Translations under genes and position numbers: made by a program
Origin: Bacteroidales bacterium
GTDB lineage: Bacteria > Bacteroidota > Bacteroidia > Bacteroidales > UBA10428
DNA length: 64,000 bases
Assembly (NCBI GenBank): GCA_016935355.1
Contig: JAFGRC010000104.1
Coordinates: 22,874-86,873 of the forward strand
Direction of reading: 5' to 3'
Shown here: positions 55,727 through 64,000 of the stretch, one piece after another
Layout: each line of letters starts with the position of its first letter
Position numbering within the stretch: position 1 is the first letter of the stretch
The notes under the pieces: generated by a model
What the model saw: the letters and a program-made list of their open reading frames with translations, nothing else
Told to the model about the DNA's origin: nothing
Databases searched by the model: none

Positions 55727-57160
55727 TCACTGGTTAATATTATGCTGAAGTTTATGCTGGTGTTGCTCTATCAGTGTATAAAAGAACCCGTATTCCCTGG
55801 TCTTGGGGAACAACCGGAACATTTCCTGGTATTCACTGTAATTCAGTATAAGTCCTTGTTCAAAATGAACGGTTGCGGTATTAAAATCCTGTTGATACAC
55901 ATGATAAGCAGCCAGCCTGTAATGCAGTGTTGGATTTTCACGGATGTATTCATAGGATTCGCTCAGGGTGCTTATGGCCTCACAGATCTTTCTTTTTCGG
56001 AAGAAAACCTGCGCACAGGCCAGCCAGGCTTCATAATCCAAAGGATTGATCTTTACAGCCTCTTTATAGGCATCAACCGCCTGTATGTCTTTATTCAAAC
56101 GGGAATACAGCTCACCGAGCATAAACCAGTAGTCGGGATTATCCGGTTCAAAAAGCAATGCTCTTCTAATGGCTGAAAGACTCTGGTTGTATTTTTTGAT
56201 TTTCAGCAGGACCAGACCTTTACCAAACCAGGCATCACTGTAATCGGGATAAAGAGAAATGGCATGATTGTATGTTTTCAGAGCCTCCGCATAATTTCCC
56301 GTTTCTTCATAACAATCTCCCAGACAACATAATGCCCGGGTATTGTCAGCATCCTTATCAAGTATATCCCGGTATATTTCAATCGCACCCGGATAATCGT
56401 CCTGAGCGGCCAGCATATCAGCCTTATTCATATAAGCTGTGAAATAAAACGGATTGACGGCTGTTGCAAAATCATAGGCCTCTGCAGCCAGCCTGATTCT
56501 ACCCGTTTTGCAGTAGAGAAGGCCAAGATTGTTCCAGACCTGTTCCGCGAACGGGTCAACATCCAGATATTTCTGATAATATTCAAGACTTTTTTTAGGC
56601 TGATCAAGTCTTTCAAAATTCTCGGCCAGATCATACAAAACAAGGACATTATTCCTGTCCAGATTATAAGCACGCAGCAAAAACCTGTTGGCAATATAAA
56701 ACTGACCCGTCTGCAAAAATGACTGAGCAACCGAGTACAATAGTTCATCACGGTTCTCATTACAAAGTTCAATTGCGCGTTTAAAGCTTGTCAGCGCTTC
56801 ATCGCTTTTCCCGGTAACATTAAATGCAATGCCTTTAAACAGGTGCACCTGATAATTCGATGGTTCGATCTTTTCCACTTTTCTGATCATACCAAGCGCT
56901 CTTGAGGGTCTTCCTGTTTCAATCAGCAACTGTATATTTTTCAATCTGATGGACAGTGAATAGGGATGTTGCTTAAGGGCAAGACCGATGGCTTCGGTTG
57001 CCTCCTGATAATTGTATTCATTCAGATAAAAATCTATGATGCTTTCAAATTCATCCATATCGAAATAATCGATCCTGTCATTGGTGCGCATGTCATGATA
57101 CCGCTTCACAAGTTCAAGAACATCATCATCGCCCGTATAATCATCCCAGTTTGAAAACAT
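55727..57160 (-). CDS. cytoplasmic TPR repeat protein
   Basis: 477-aa ORF with more than 10 TPR units and no signal peptide. Its stop is 19 nt before the comA start. Confidence 0.8.
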   Translation of the reverse strand: MFSNWDDYTGDDDVLELVKRYHDMRTNDRIDYFDMDEFESIIDFYLNEYNYQEATEAIGLALKQHPYSLSIRLKNIQLLIETGRPSRALGMIRKVEKIEPSNYQVHLFKGIAFNVTGKSDEALTSFKRAIELCNENRDELLYSVAQSFLQTGQFYIANRFLLRAYNLDRNNVLVLYDLAENFERLDQPKKSLEYYQKYLDVDPFAEQVWNNLGLLYCKTGRIRLAAEAYDFATAVNPFYFTAYMNKADMLAAQDDYPGAIEIYRDILDKDADNTRALCCLGDCYEETGNYAEALKTYNHAISLYPDYSDAWFGKGLVLLKIKKYNQSLSAIRRALLFEPDNPDYWFMLGELYSRLNKDIQAVDAYKEAVKINPLDYEAWLACAQVFFRKRKICEAISTLSESYEYIRENPTLHYRLAAYHVYQQDFNTATVHFEQGLILNYSEYQEMFRLFPKTREYGFFYTLIEQHQHKLQHNINQ

Positions 57161-57293
57161 CGCAAATCGAGTTATTGGCTAATATAGAAAAAGTAATGTT
57201 AAAATTCTTACCGATATTAACAATAATCCTGCAATAATATCATAACTATTTAAAATTAAAGGAAAAATACTGTTAAAATGTATCATTTGTATG

Positions 57294-59843
57294 CTATCCG
57301 GTTGAATAATCAGCCTGATAATTACCGAGTTCTTTCCCCAGGGTTTGATGCATCGATCTAAGCTGCCGGATCAGATTGTGCTCGATGCCCAGAATATCCT
57401 GCATGAACAATACCTGAAGGTCCATTGCCTGCAGTTTATCCTGTCCATTTTTCAGATTTCGGGCAACCTGTTCATTATTACCCAGCCGCAATAAAATCTC
57501 AAGCATTTCACCATAATTTGCGGCATATGCTACCACCTCACATGCAACATCCACACCATAACGCATCACCAGGACTTTCCACAAGGAGTAATCAGGATCA
57601 TACTGATTCATGTTCCATATAAAATCGGCAGCTGTTGCAAGCCTGATCAGATCAATTTCTGAACCTGCGATTTGATTGATAAAAATATGTGACCGATCCA
57701 GCCCGTGAAAGATCTCACGGATACCGGTATTCCCAAAAGGCTCAAAAATATTAAAAAGTTTTAGTCTCCCGGGATAATAAGGAACTGTTCCGCCATATTG
57801 ACCCCACTGCGAGGCCATTATCATGGAATTGTCGAAAAATACAGGTGACCTGCCGCCCGTTTGGCCGACGAACCGCTCCAGATCAGCATCATCTGTATTT
57901 ACACTAAAAAATGAGCTGCCCGACCACAGGATGGAAATGTCTTCCACTCCGGCCATGTCCATTGGGCCAAAAGTATTGCTAAGATCCAGCAACTCATTAT
58001 TAAATAAGGGCGGGCAATACAAAATGTCACGTCCGGGATATCCGCCTGAAACCAGGCTTCTTATGGCCGCTATATGGTTATCTGCAGGATCCCTGTCAGC
58101 CTCCGGAGTCAAGGGATATGTATAACAAAGGGAAGAATCATCGGGCAAGCGGAATGATGGGGCATAGATGATCCCATCCATTCCCGCCGATAAAGCCAGA
58201 TCAGCCGTATTGCGCATCCACTGATACTTTTTCATATCATTTTCAATAAAAGGAACCGGATCAACAGCCGGTGAACCGGGATGAATCTGATTTGATGAGA
58301 TCATCCCGTAAACAGTGAACAGATCATCCGGACCGTAAAGATCGTGGAACTGTTCAAGATTTCTGTATACGGATGCAACGGCATTACCGGGATTAATGTC
58401 CAGTGTCGCACCATTGAACTTGTAACGTGCAAGCTCTTCAGACATTTGCAGACCATGATCGGTCATGCTTCCAGCATCCCAATCCGGGATGATATAATGA
58501 CGTTTTTCAAAATCCGGAAAATCAATGATCCGGGCATTGTGAAAAACGGGTTGCTTGCTGTCAAACAGCTGAACTGCAGTCAGGACTGCATAAAAAACGC
58601 CCGTTTCATTGTTTCCATTCAGAAATACCATGTTTGACATATCATCAGGGGTATAAATAAAATACCCCTGATCGTGCCCTTCAATTTCATGAGCAGGCAT
58701 GATTTCCCGGTTGCTCTGGTGGACTGCCGTGTTACCCAGACTGAATACAAGCTTTGATTCACTGATTTGTGACGTCGAAGGATTTGGAATAATCAGAATT
58801 TCTTCCTGATTTGCCTGATCACCGATTGCGGTCAGGATGCCATCGAATATTGCTTCACGCAACAGATGAGCCGCTTTCAGAGTAAGGTTACCGGCATTCT
58901 GCGGAATAATGATTATGGGAAGTGCATGAATATCATGGTCTGGAGAAAAATAAACAACCGACTCCATATACCTGACCTCCTTGGGTGTGGGAATGATGAC
59001 ATGATGCATTGAGAACGATGCATCCACATAAAGGCTCATTCTCTCGGCAACCGAGAAATTTTTTATGGAATAATGCAGTGTAACGCTGTCAATCCACATG
59101 GTACCCGTCCCTTTCAGTCCGAGATAAACCTTAACATAATGTGCATTCGACGGAATATCGCCGTCAGGAAAAGGAAACGAATATGATTCTCCGGTAATTT
59201 TACCCCATTCAAAAGCCGGAATGCTCAGAAAATTTGCAAATGACAGAGATTTATCAGAATGATCAATATATTGATCGAGATGCGGAAAGTATTGCTTTGA
59301 ATCGAGCAAGATCTTGTTTCTGTCATAATACATCAGTTTTACCTCTATGGCATCATACATGCGTGTTCCCAATCTCGACCTGTTGGGTCTGATGTCATTC
59401 AGCCGGGTATAAAACGAAAAATCATAATTACCGGGAATCACCCGTATAAACTCGCTGATGATACCCTCACCCTGATGATCTGTTTCGTATGCCTTATTCC
59501 TGAAGATCTTAATGGACCGTTCACCTGTAAAAACCTCTTCTGTGCCGTAAATGCTGTCCTTGTTAATATCCACCCACTCAATATGTTCACCTGACTGTTG
59601 CCAGCCATCCACAACAAAGGATGTCCGGCCGCTGTCAATTGAAAAGGTGCGGCCGGTCTCAAATGAGCCGTTTCTGAGCAGGTTCGGCCTTTCGTATCGT
59701 TGAAATCTTGTTCTGTAAGGGATCGTTAACGGATCTTCCGTGACCCATGACAATCTTTGTCTTTCAATATCATTTCGCCTTTCACAGCCGTTGAAGATCA
59801 AAACAAAGATCATGATCAGCGATATTGAAACAATGGATCTCAT
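57294..59843 (-). CDS. lipoprotein with a CBM-like N-domain and a divergent GH84 (O-GlcNAcase/beta-N-acetylglucosaminidase)-like body
   Basis: The track ORF extends to 59924, but the lipoprotein signal MRSIVSISLIMIFVLIFNGC begins at the ATG at 59843. GH84-like landmarks: GYFIY...GVFYAVLTAVQLF, IIDFPDF, GIIYAPSFRLPDD, ILWSGSS, PVFFDNS, and ATAADFIWNMNQYDP..SLW. Confidence 0.45.
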   Translation of the reverse strand: MRSIVSISLIMIFVLIFNGCERRNDIERQRLSWVTEDPLTIPYRTRFQRYERPNLLRNGSFETGRTFSIDSGRTSFVVDGWQQSGEHIEWVDINKDSIYGTEEVFTGERSIKIFRNKAYETDHQGEGIISEFIRVIPGNYDFSFYTRLNDIRPNRSRLGTRMYDAIEVKLMYYDRNKILLDSKQYFPHLDQYIDHSDKSLSFANFLSIPAFEWGKITGESYSFPFPDGDIPSNAHYVKVYLGLKGTGTMWIDSVTLHYSIKNFSVAERMSLYVDASFSMHHVIIPTPKEVRYMESVVYFSPDHDIHALPIIIIPQNAGNLTLKAAHLLREAIFDGILTAIGDQANQEEILIIPNPSTSQISESKLVFSLGNTAVHQSNREIMPAHEIEGHDQGYFIYTPDDMSNMVFLNGNNETGVFYAVLTAVQLFDSKQPVFHNARIIDFPDFEKRHYIIPDWDAGSMTDHGLQMSEELARYKFNGATLDINPGNAVASVYRNLEQFHDLYGPDDLFTVYGMISSNQIHPGSPAVDPVPFIENDMKKYQWMRNTADLALSAGMDGIIYAPSFRLPDDSSLCYTYPLTPEADRDPADNHIAAIRSLVSGGYPGRDILYCPPLFNNELLDLSNTFGPMDMAGVEDISILWSGSSFFSVNTDDADLERFVGQTGGRSPVFFDNSMIMASQWGQYGGTVPYYPGRLKLFNIFEPFGNTGIREIFHGLDRSHIFINQIAGSEIDLIRLATAADFIWNMNQYDPDYSLWKVLVMRYGVDVACEVVAYAANYGEMLEILLRLGNNEQVARNLKNGQDKLQAMDLQVLFMQDILGIEHNLIRQLRSMHQTLGKELGNYQADYSTG

Positions 59844-59948
59844 ATGGCGGATAAATTTACAACATCTCGTTAAAAATGCAACCCGTTCCGACGCAATATT
59901 GCCATCCTTTATGGTTTTCAGCATGAAAATCCGGACATGCGAGGCACA

Positions 59949-60830
59949 TTACCCGAAGCGCTTCGATTTGGAGGCAAGCAAGGTATTCCTGAGCAATGAG
60001 ATTATTGTCATTGGTCCCACCCCACCCGGAACAGGGGTGATAAAACTGCATTTGGGTGCCACCTCATCAAATTTCACATCTCCGATCAGCTTGTATCCGG
60101 ATTTTGTAAAATCAGATTTGACGCGTGTAATACCCACATCGATAACAACAGCACCTTCTTTTATCATTTCACCCGTTATGAATTCAGGCGATCCGAGTGC
60201 AGCAATGATGATGTCACTTTCTAATATCAGTCCGGGAAGGTTGGTGGTTTTACTGTGGGCCAGCGTAACGGTCGCATTGCCCGGGTATCTTTTCAGGGAA
60301 AGCAGATTGCTTAACGGCCTTCCGACGATATTGCTTCTGCCGATCACCAGGCACGATCTGCCTGCTGTGGGAATATCGTACCTTCTGATCAGTTCGATGA
60401 TTCCTGCTGGAGTGGCCGATACAAAAGACGGCAGACCCAGAACCATACGGCCGATGTTTACGGGATGAAACCCGTCAACATCTTTATGGGGATCAATTGA
60501 TTCAATGATATTTGGTTCAGAGATGTGTTCCGGAAGCGGCAACTGAACAATGAAGCCATCGACATCCGGATTTTTGTTCAGGTCGCGAACCGCTTCGATC
60601 AGCCTTTCTTCCGAGATATCATCAGTGAAACGGACCAGTGTGGATTTAAAACCGACTTCTTCACACACCCTGACCTTGCCTGCAACATAGGTTTCGCTTG
60701 GAGGATCATTGCCTACCAGAATTGCGGCCAGGTGTGGTATTTTTCCACCGGAATTTTTTATCTGGTCAACTTCACGGGCAATTTCGTCCTTTATTTCGGC
60801 AGCGACTTTTTTCCCGTCCATAATCTGCAT
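59949..60830 (-). CDS. folD: bifunctional 5,10-methylene-THF dehydrogenase / methenyl-THF cyclohydrolase
   Basis: 293-aa ORF containing [28 protein letters not shown] and [10 protein letters not shown]. Confidence 0.95.
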   Translation of the reverse strand: MQIMDGKKVAAEIKDEIAREVDQIKNSGGKIPHLAAILVGNDPPSETYVAGKVRVCEEVGFKSTLVRFTDDISEERLIEAVRDLNKNPDVDGFIVQLPLPEHISEPNIIESIDPHKDVDGFHPVNIGRMVLGLPSFVSATPAGIIELIRRYDIPTAGRSCLVIGRSNIVGRPLSNLLSLKRYPGNATVTLAHSKTTNLPGLILESDIIIAALGSPEFITGEMIKEGAVVIDVGITRVKSDFTKSGYKLIGDVKFDEVAPKCSFITPVPGGVGPMTIISLLRNTLLASKSKRFG

Positions 60831-60900
60831 GGTGATCCGATTTAAAATTTTAAAATATATTCTTGATACTCATGGAATTCAATGATTCAGGCGATAATGT

Positions 60901-62238
60901 TCAGTTCCTGTTCATCATGGACATGTTGCCGGGCATTTTTATCTGATTTTTATTTGCAGCCATTGCTTTCATCATTTTTCTCGTTTCATCAAACTGCTTT
61001 GTGAGACGGTTTACTTCCTGTACACTTGTGCCACTCCCTTCAGCGATCCTTTTTCTCCGGGAACCGTTCAATGTTTCGGGATGATCCCTTTCATAGGGGG
61101 TCATCGAATAAATGATCGCTTCAATATGCTTAAACGAATCATCATCCATGTCCATGTTTTTAACAGCTTTCCCGACTCCGGGTATCATACTGGCAAGATC
61201 CTTGATGTTTCCCATCTTTTTGATCTGTTGTATTTGGGTAAGAAAGTCACTGAAGGTAAACTGATTTTTGGCAATTTTCTTTTGCAGCTTACGGGCTTCC
61301 TCAACATCAAACTGTTCCTGGGCTTTCTCGACAAGGGTCACAATATCACCCATCCCCAGTATCCTGTCAGCCATCCGTTCGGGATGGAACAGCTCGATAG
61401 AATCGATCTTTTCGCCGACACTTACGAATTTAATGGGCTTATCTACAACTGCCCTGATGGAAAGTGCCGCACCACCTCTGGTGTCACCATCAAGTTTGGT
61501 GAGTATAACGCCATCAAAATTCAGGCGCTCATTGAACTCCCTGGCCGTATTGACCGCATCCTGTCCGGTCATTGAATCAACCACGAACAATATCTCATGA
61601 GGTGAAACGCTCTTTTTTATGGATTCAATCTCATTCATCATCTCTGTATCTACAGCCAAACGCCCCGCAGTGTCAATAATGACCGTATCATTCCCATTCT
61701 GTCTTGCATGCCTGATGGCAAGCTGTGATAACTTCACCGGGTTCATATTTCCTTCTTCTGTAAATACCGGTACCCCAATCTGTTCCCCCAGAATTTTTAA
61801 TTGTTCAATTGCAGCGGGCCTGTAGACGTCACAAGCCGCCAGCAAAGGATTCTTGCCCCGTTTGTGGTGCAAATGACCGGCCAGCTTTGCTGAAAATGTC
61901 GTTTTTCCTGAGCCCTGCAGTCCGGCTATTAAAATAACTGCAGGACTCCCTTTCAGATTAATGTCCACGTGCGATCCCCCCATCAGGCCGATCAGCTCAT
62001 CGTGAACGATTTTTACCATCATTTGACCGGGTTTTACCGATGCAAGGATTTTTTGTCCCAAAGCCTTTTGCTTAATGGTATCGGTAAAAGACTTCGCAAT
62101 TTTATAATTCACATCGGCATCCAGCAGGGAACGGCGGATTTCTTTCACGGTCTCCGCAACGTTGATCTCTGTAATCCTTCCTTCACCTTTAAGGATCTTA
62201 AAAGACCGCTCCAATCTGTCGGTTAGGCTGTCGAACAT
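60901..62238 (-). CDS. ffh: signal recognition particle protein
   Basis: 445-aa ORF with GLQGSGKTT, DTAGR, TKLDGD and a Met-rich M domain. Confidence 0.95.
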   Translation of the reverse strand: MFDSLTDRLERSFKILKGEGRITEINVAETVKEIRRSLLDADVNYKIAKSFTDTIKQKALGQKILASVKPGQMMVKIVHDELIGLMGGSHVDINLKGSPAVILIAGLQGSGKTTFSAKLAGHLHHKRGKNPLLAACDVYRPAAIEQLKILGEQIGVPVFTEEGNMNPVKLSQLAIRHARQNGNDTVIIDTAGRLAVDTEMMNEIESIKKSVSPHEILFVVDSMTGQDAVNTAREFNERLNFDGVILTKLDGDTRGGAALSIRAVVDKPIKFVSVGEKIDSIELFHPERMADRILGMGDIVTLVEKAQEQFDVEEARKLQKKIAKNQFTFSDFLTQIQQIKKMGNIKDLASMIPGVGKAVKNMDMDDDSFKHIEAIIYSMTPYERDHPETLNGSRRKRIAEGSGTSVQEVNRLTKQFDETRKMMKAMAANKNQIKMPGNMSMMNRN

Positions 62239-62269
62239 ATCATAAACTCCTTGTTAAATTAAACCAAAG

Positions 62270-62277
62270 CAAAAATA
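62270..62277 (-). promoter_or_regulatory. candidate -7 promoter box (TATTTTTG)
   Basis: The + strand reads CAAAAATA, 32 nt upstream of the ffh ATG at 62238. Confidence 0.35.
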
Positions 62278-62337
62278 TGATAATTCCCGCACATTGAGGT
62301 TCACCGTTCCGGGTCTGTCCTGTGTAAATCTGCCAGG

Positions 62338-64000
62338 TTACATTCTTTCCGGCATTTCAATGCCGAGCAAACCCATGCTGTTACGGATAACCCGGGCCAC
62401 AACCTCTGAAAGTAAAAGCCTTAAATTTCTCTTATCTTTATTTTTTTCCTTTAATATTGAAAAGTCGTGATAAAACTGATTGTACTCCTTGACCAGTTCA
62501 TATGTAAAATTAGCGATCAGGGAAGGATTATATGTCTGTGCGGCATCCGCAATTACAGCCGGAAACTCATGAACCAGCTGAAGGAGGTTCTTTTCCTTCT
62601 GGTTTAGCGCAATCTGTCCGGAAACAAATCCGGGTTTTGAAATTCCCAGTTCTTCAGCTTTCCGGAAAACAGATCTGATCCTTGTGTATGTATACTGAAT
62701 AAAGGAGCCCGTATTACCATCAAAGTCAATTGATTCGCGGGGATTGAATGTCATATTTTTCACGGGATCCACCTTTAATATATAATATTTCAGTGCTCCC
62801 ATACCAATGATTTTGCAAATATTTTCCTTCTCACTTTCCTTCAGACCATCCAGCTTACCCAGCTCTCTTGACATGTCCCTCGCGGTTTGTATCATTTCCC
62901 CGATCAGATCGTCAGCATCAACAACAACCCCTTCCCGTGATTTCATTCTTCCTTCGGGCAGTTCCACCATACCGTAGGATAAATGGTGCAAAGATTCTGC
63001 CCATGGAAATCCCAGCTTGTGGAGTATTATTGAAAGTACTTTAAAATGATAGTTTTGTTCGTTGCCAACAACATATATCATTTTATCGGGATTGTACTGT
63101 TCCTGTCTGAGTTGTGCTGTCCCCATATCCTGTGTGATGTACACTGAGGTACCGTCCGAACGCAGCAGCACCTTTTCATCCAGCCCCTCCGGCCTTAGAT
63201 CAACCCAAACAGAACCATCAGGATGTTGAAAGAACTGTTTTTTCCCCAGTCCATCAAGTACCATTTTCTTTCCCTGCAACCAGGTCTCCGACTCATAATA
63301 TATTTTGTCAAAATCAACCCCCAGTTTTCTGTATGTTTCGTTAAATCCTTCATAAACCCATTCGTTCATGGTTTTCCAGAGATTCAGTATTTCCGGGTCA
63401 CCGGCTTCCCATTTTCGCAGCATCTCCTGTGCTTCAAGGATAACCGGAGCGTTTTTTTCAGCATCTTCCTGTGAATACCCTCCTGCAATCAATTCAGAGA
63501 CTTGTGATCTGTATTCCTGTTCAAATCTTACATAATACTCGCCAACAAGATGATCGCCTTTCTTACCCGAAGTCTCAGGGGTTTCTCCTTTTCCGTAACG
63601 CAACCAGGTAAGCATGGATTTGCAAATGTGGATACCACGGTCGTTTACCAGATTGGTTTTTATCACCCGTTTACCGGTCGCCCTGAGAATATTGCAAACG
63701 GAATATCCCAGTAAATTATTCCGGATGTGGCCAAGATGAAGGGGTTTATTGGTATTCGGAGAAGAATATTCAACCATAATGGTCTCAGGCTGTTGGTTTC
63801 CGGCAGGCGACAGATTCCCGGTATCCGGTCCGGCCTGTATGCCATAACTCGCGTCAGGAATTATACGATTCAGGTAATTCAGGTAATAGTTGTCCTGTAT
63901 CACCATATTCAGGAAACCCTTAATGATATTGTAATGTTTTATCTCAGTGTGATTCCGGACCAGATGTTCACCGATGTCCAATGCAGTCTGTTCAGGGGAT
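62338..64000 (-). CDS. argS: arginine--tRNA ligase (N-terminus outside the window)
   Basis: HIGH motif in SSPNTNKPLHLGHIRN, and an anticodon-binding DALR-type C-terminus. The frame stays open from 63981 to base 64000, so the true start lies beyond the window. Confidence 0.95.
   Translation of the reverse strand, partial: SPEQTALDIGEHLVRNHTEIKHYNIIKGFLNMVIQDNYYLNYLNRIIPDASYGIQAGPDTGNLSPAGNQQPETIMVEYSSPNTNKPLHLGHIRNNLLGYSVCNILRATGKRVIKTNLVNDRGIHICKSMLTWLRYGKGETPETSGKKGDHLVGEYYVRFEQEYRSQVSELIAGGYSQEDAEKNAPVILEAQEMLRKWEAGDPEILNLWKTMNEWVYEGFNETYRKLGVDFDKIYYESETWLQGKKMVLDGLGKKQFFQHPDGSVWVDLRPEGLDEKVLLRSDGTSVYITQDMGTAQLRQEQYNPDKMIYVVGNEQNYHFKVLSIILHKLGFPWAESLHHLSYGMVELPEGRMKSREGVVVDADDLIGEMIQTARDMSRELGKLDGLKESEKENICKIIGMGALKYYILKVDPVKNMTFNPRESIDFDGNTGSFIQYTYTRIRSVFRKAEELGISKPGFVSGQIALNQKEKNLLQLVHEFPAVIADAAQTYNPSLIANFTYELVKEYNQFYHDFSILKEKNKDKRNLRLLLSEVVARVIRNSMGLLGIEMPERM

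Noticed and set aside
59740-60468. A 242-aa + strand ORF spanning the boundary between the GH84-like gene and folD.
   Set aside because: It is antisense to folD, whose identity is unambiguous. The product is Ser/Thr/Pro/Ile-rich and low-complexity.

Overview
The window looks like a chromosomal segment from a member of the Bacteroidota. Supporting evidence: a T9SS C-terminal sorting domain, the MoxR/DUF58/BatA-E aerotolerance operon, a PstS-like/TPR/ExbB/ExbD/ExbD/TonB cluster, many lipoprotein-type signal peptides, and TAnnTTTG -7 boxes in place of Shine-Dalgarno-led starts. I call about 59 protein genes. By eye I found no rRNA, tRNA, CRISPR array, transposase or integrase.

Housekeeping genes: ligA, truA, aroE, folD, ffh and argS (argS is cut by the window end).

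Accessory and regulatory content:
- A fused trehalose-6-P synthase/phosphatase is translationally coupled to a GH15 hydrolase.
- A DUF4956 protein is paired with a Cthe_2159-like beta-helix protein.
- A redox-themed block holds fRMsr, Crp/Fnr, two orphan receiver proteins, an output-less TM-GAF-PAS sensor, a hybrid histidine kinase, glutathione peroxidase and acylphosphatase, followed by the Bat operon.

The most interesting signal is a textbook cobalamin riboswitch on the minus strand at about 23250-23430. It heads a 13-kb run of ten co-directional, tightly spaced genes. In that run the expected B12 parts (TonB-dependent receptor, beta-propeller surface lipoprotein, BtuF/C/D-like importer) are interrupted by two genes that are not part of any B12 uptake locus I know of: a T9SS-secreted trypsin-fold serine protease and a roughly 1,000-aa protein built from 11 TPR-like/coiled-coil repeats.

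All family assignments come from reading motifs in the translated ORFs. No database search was run.
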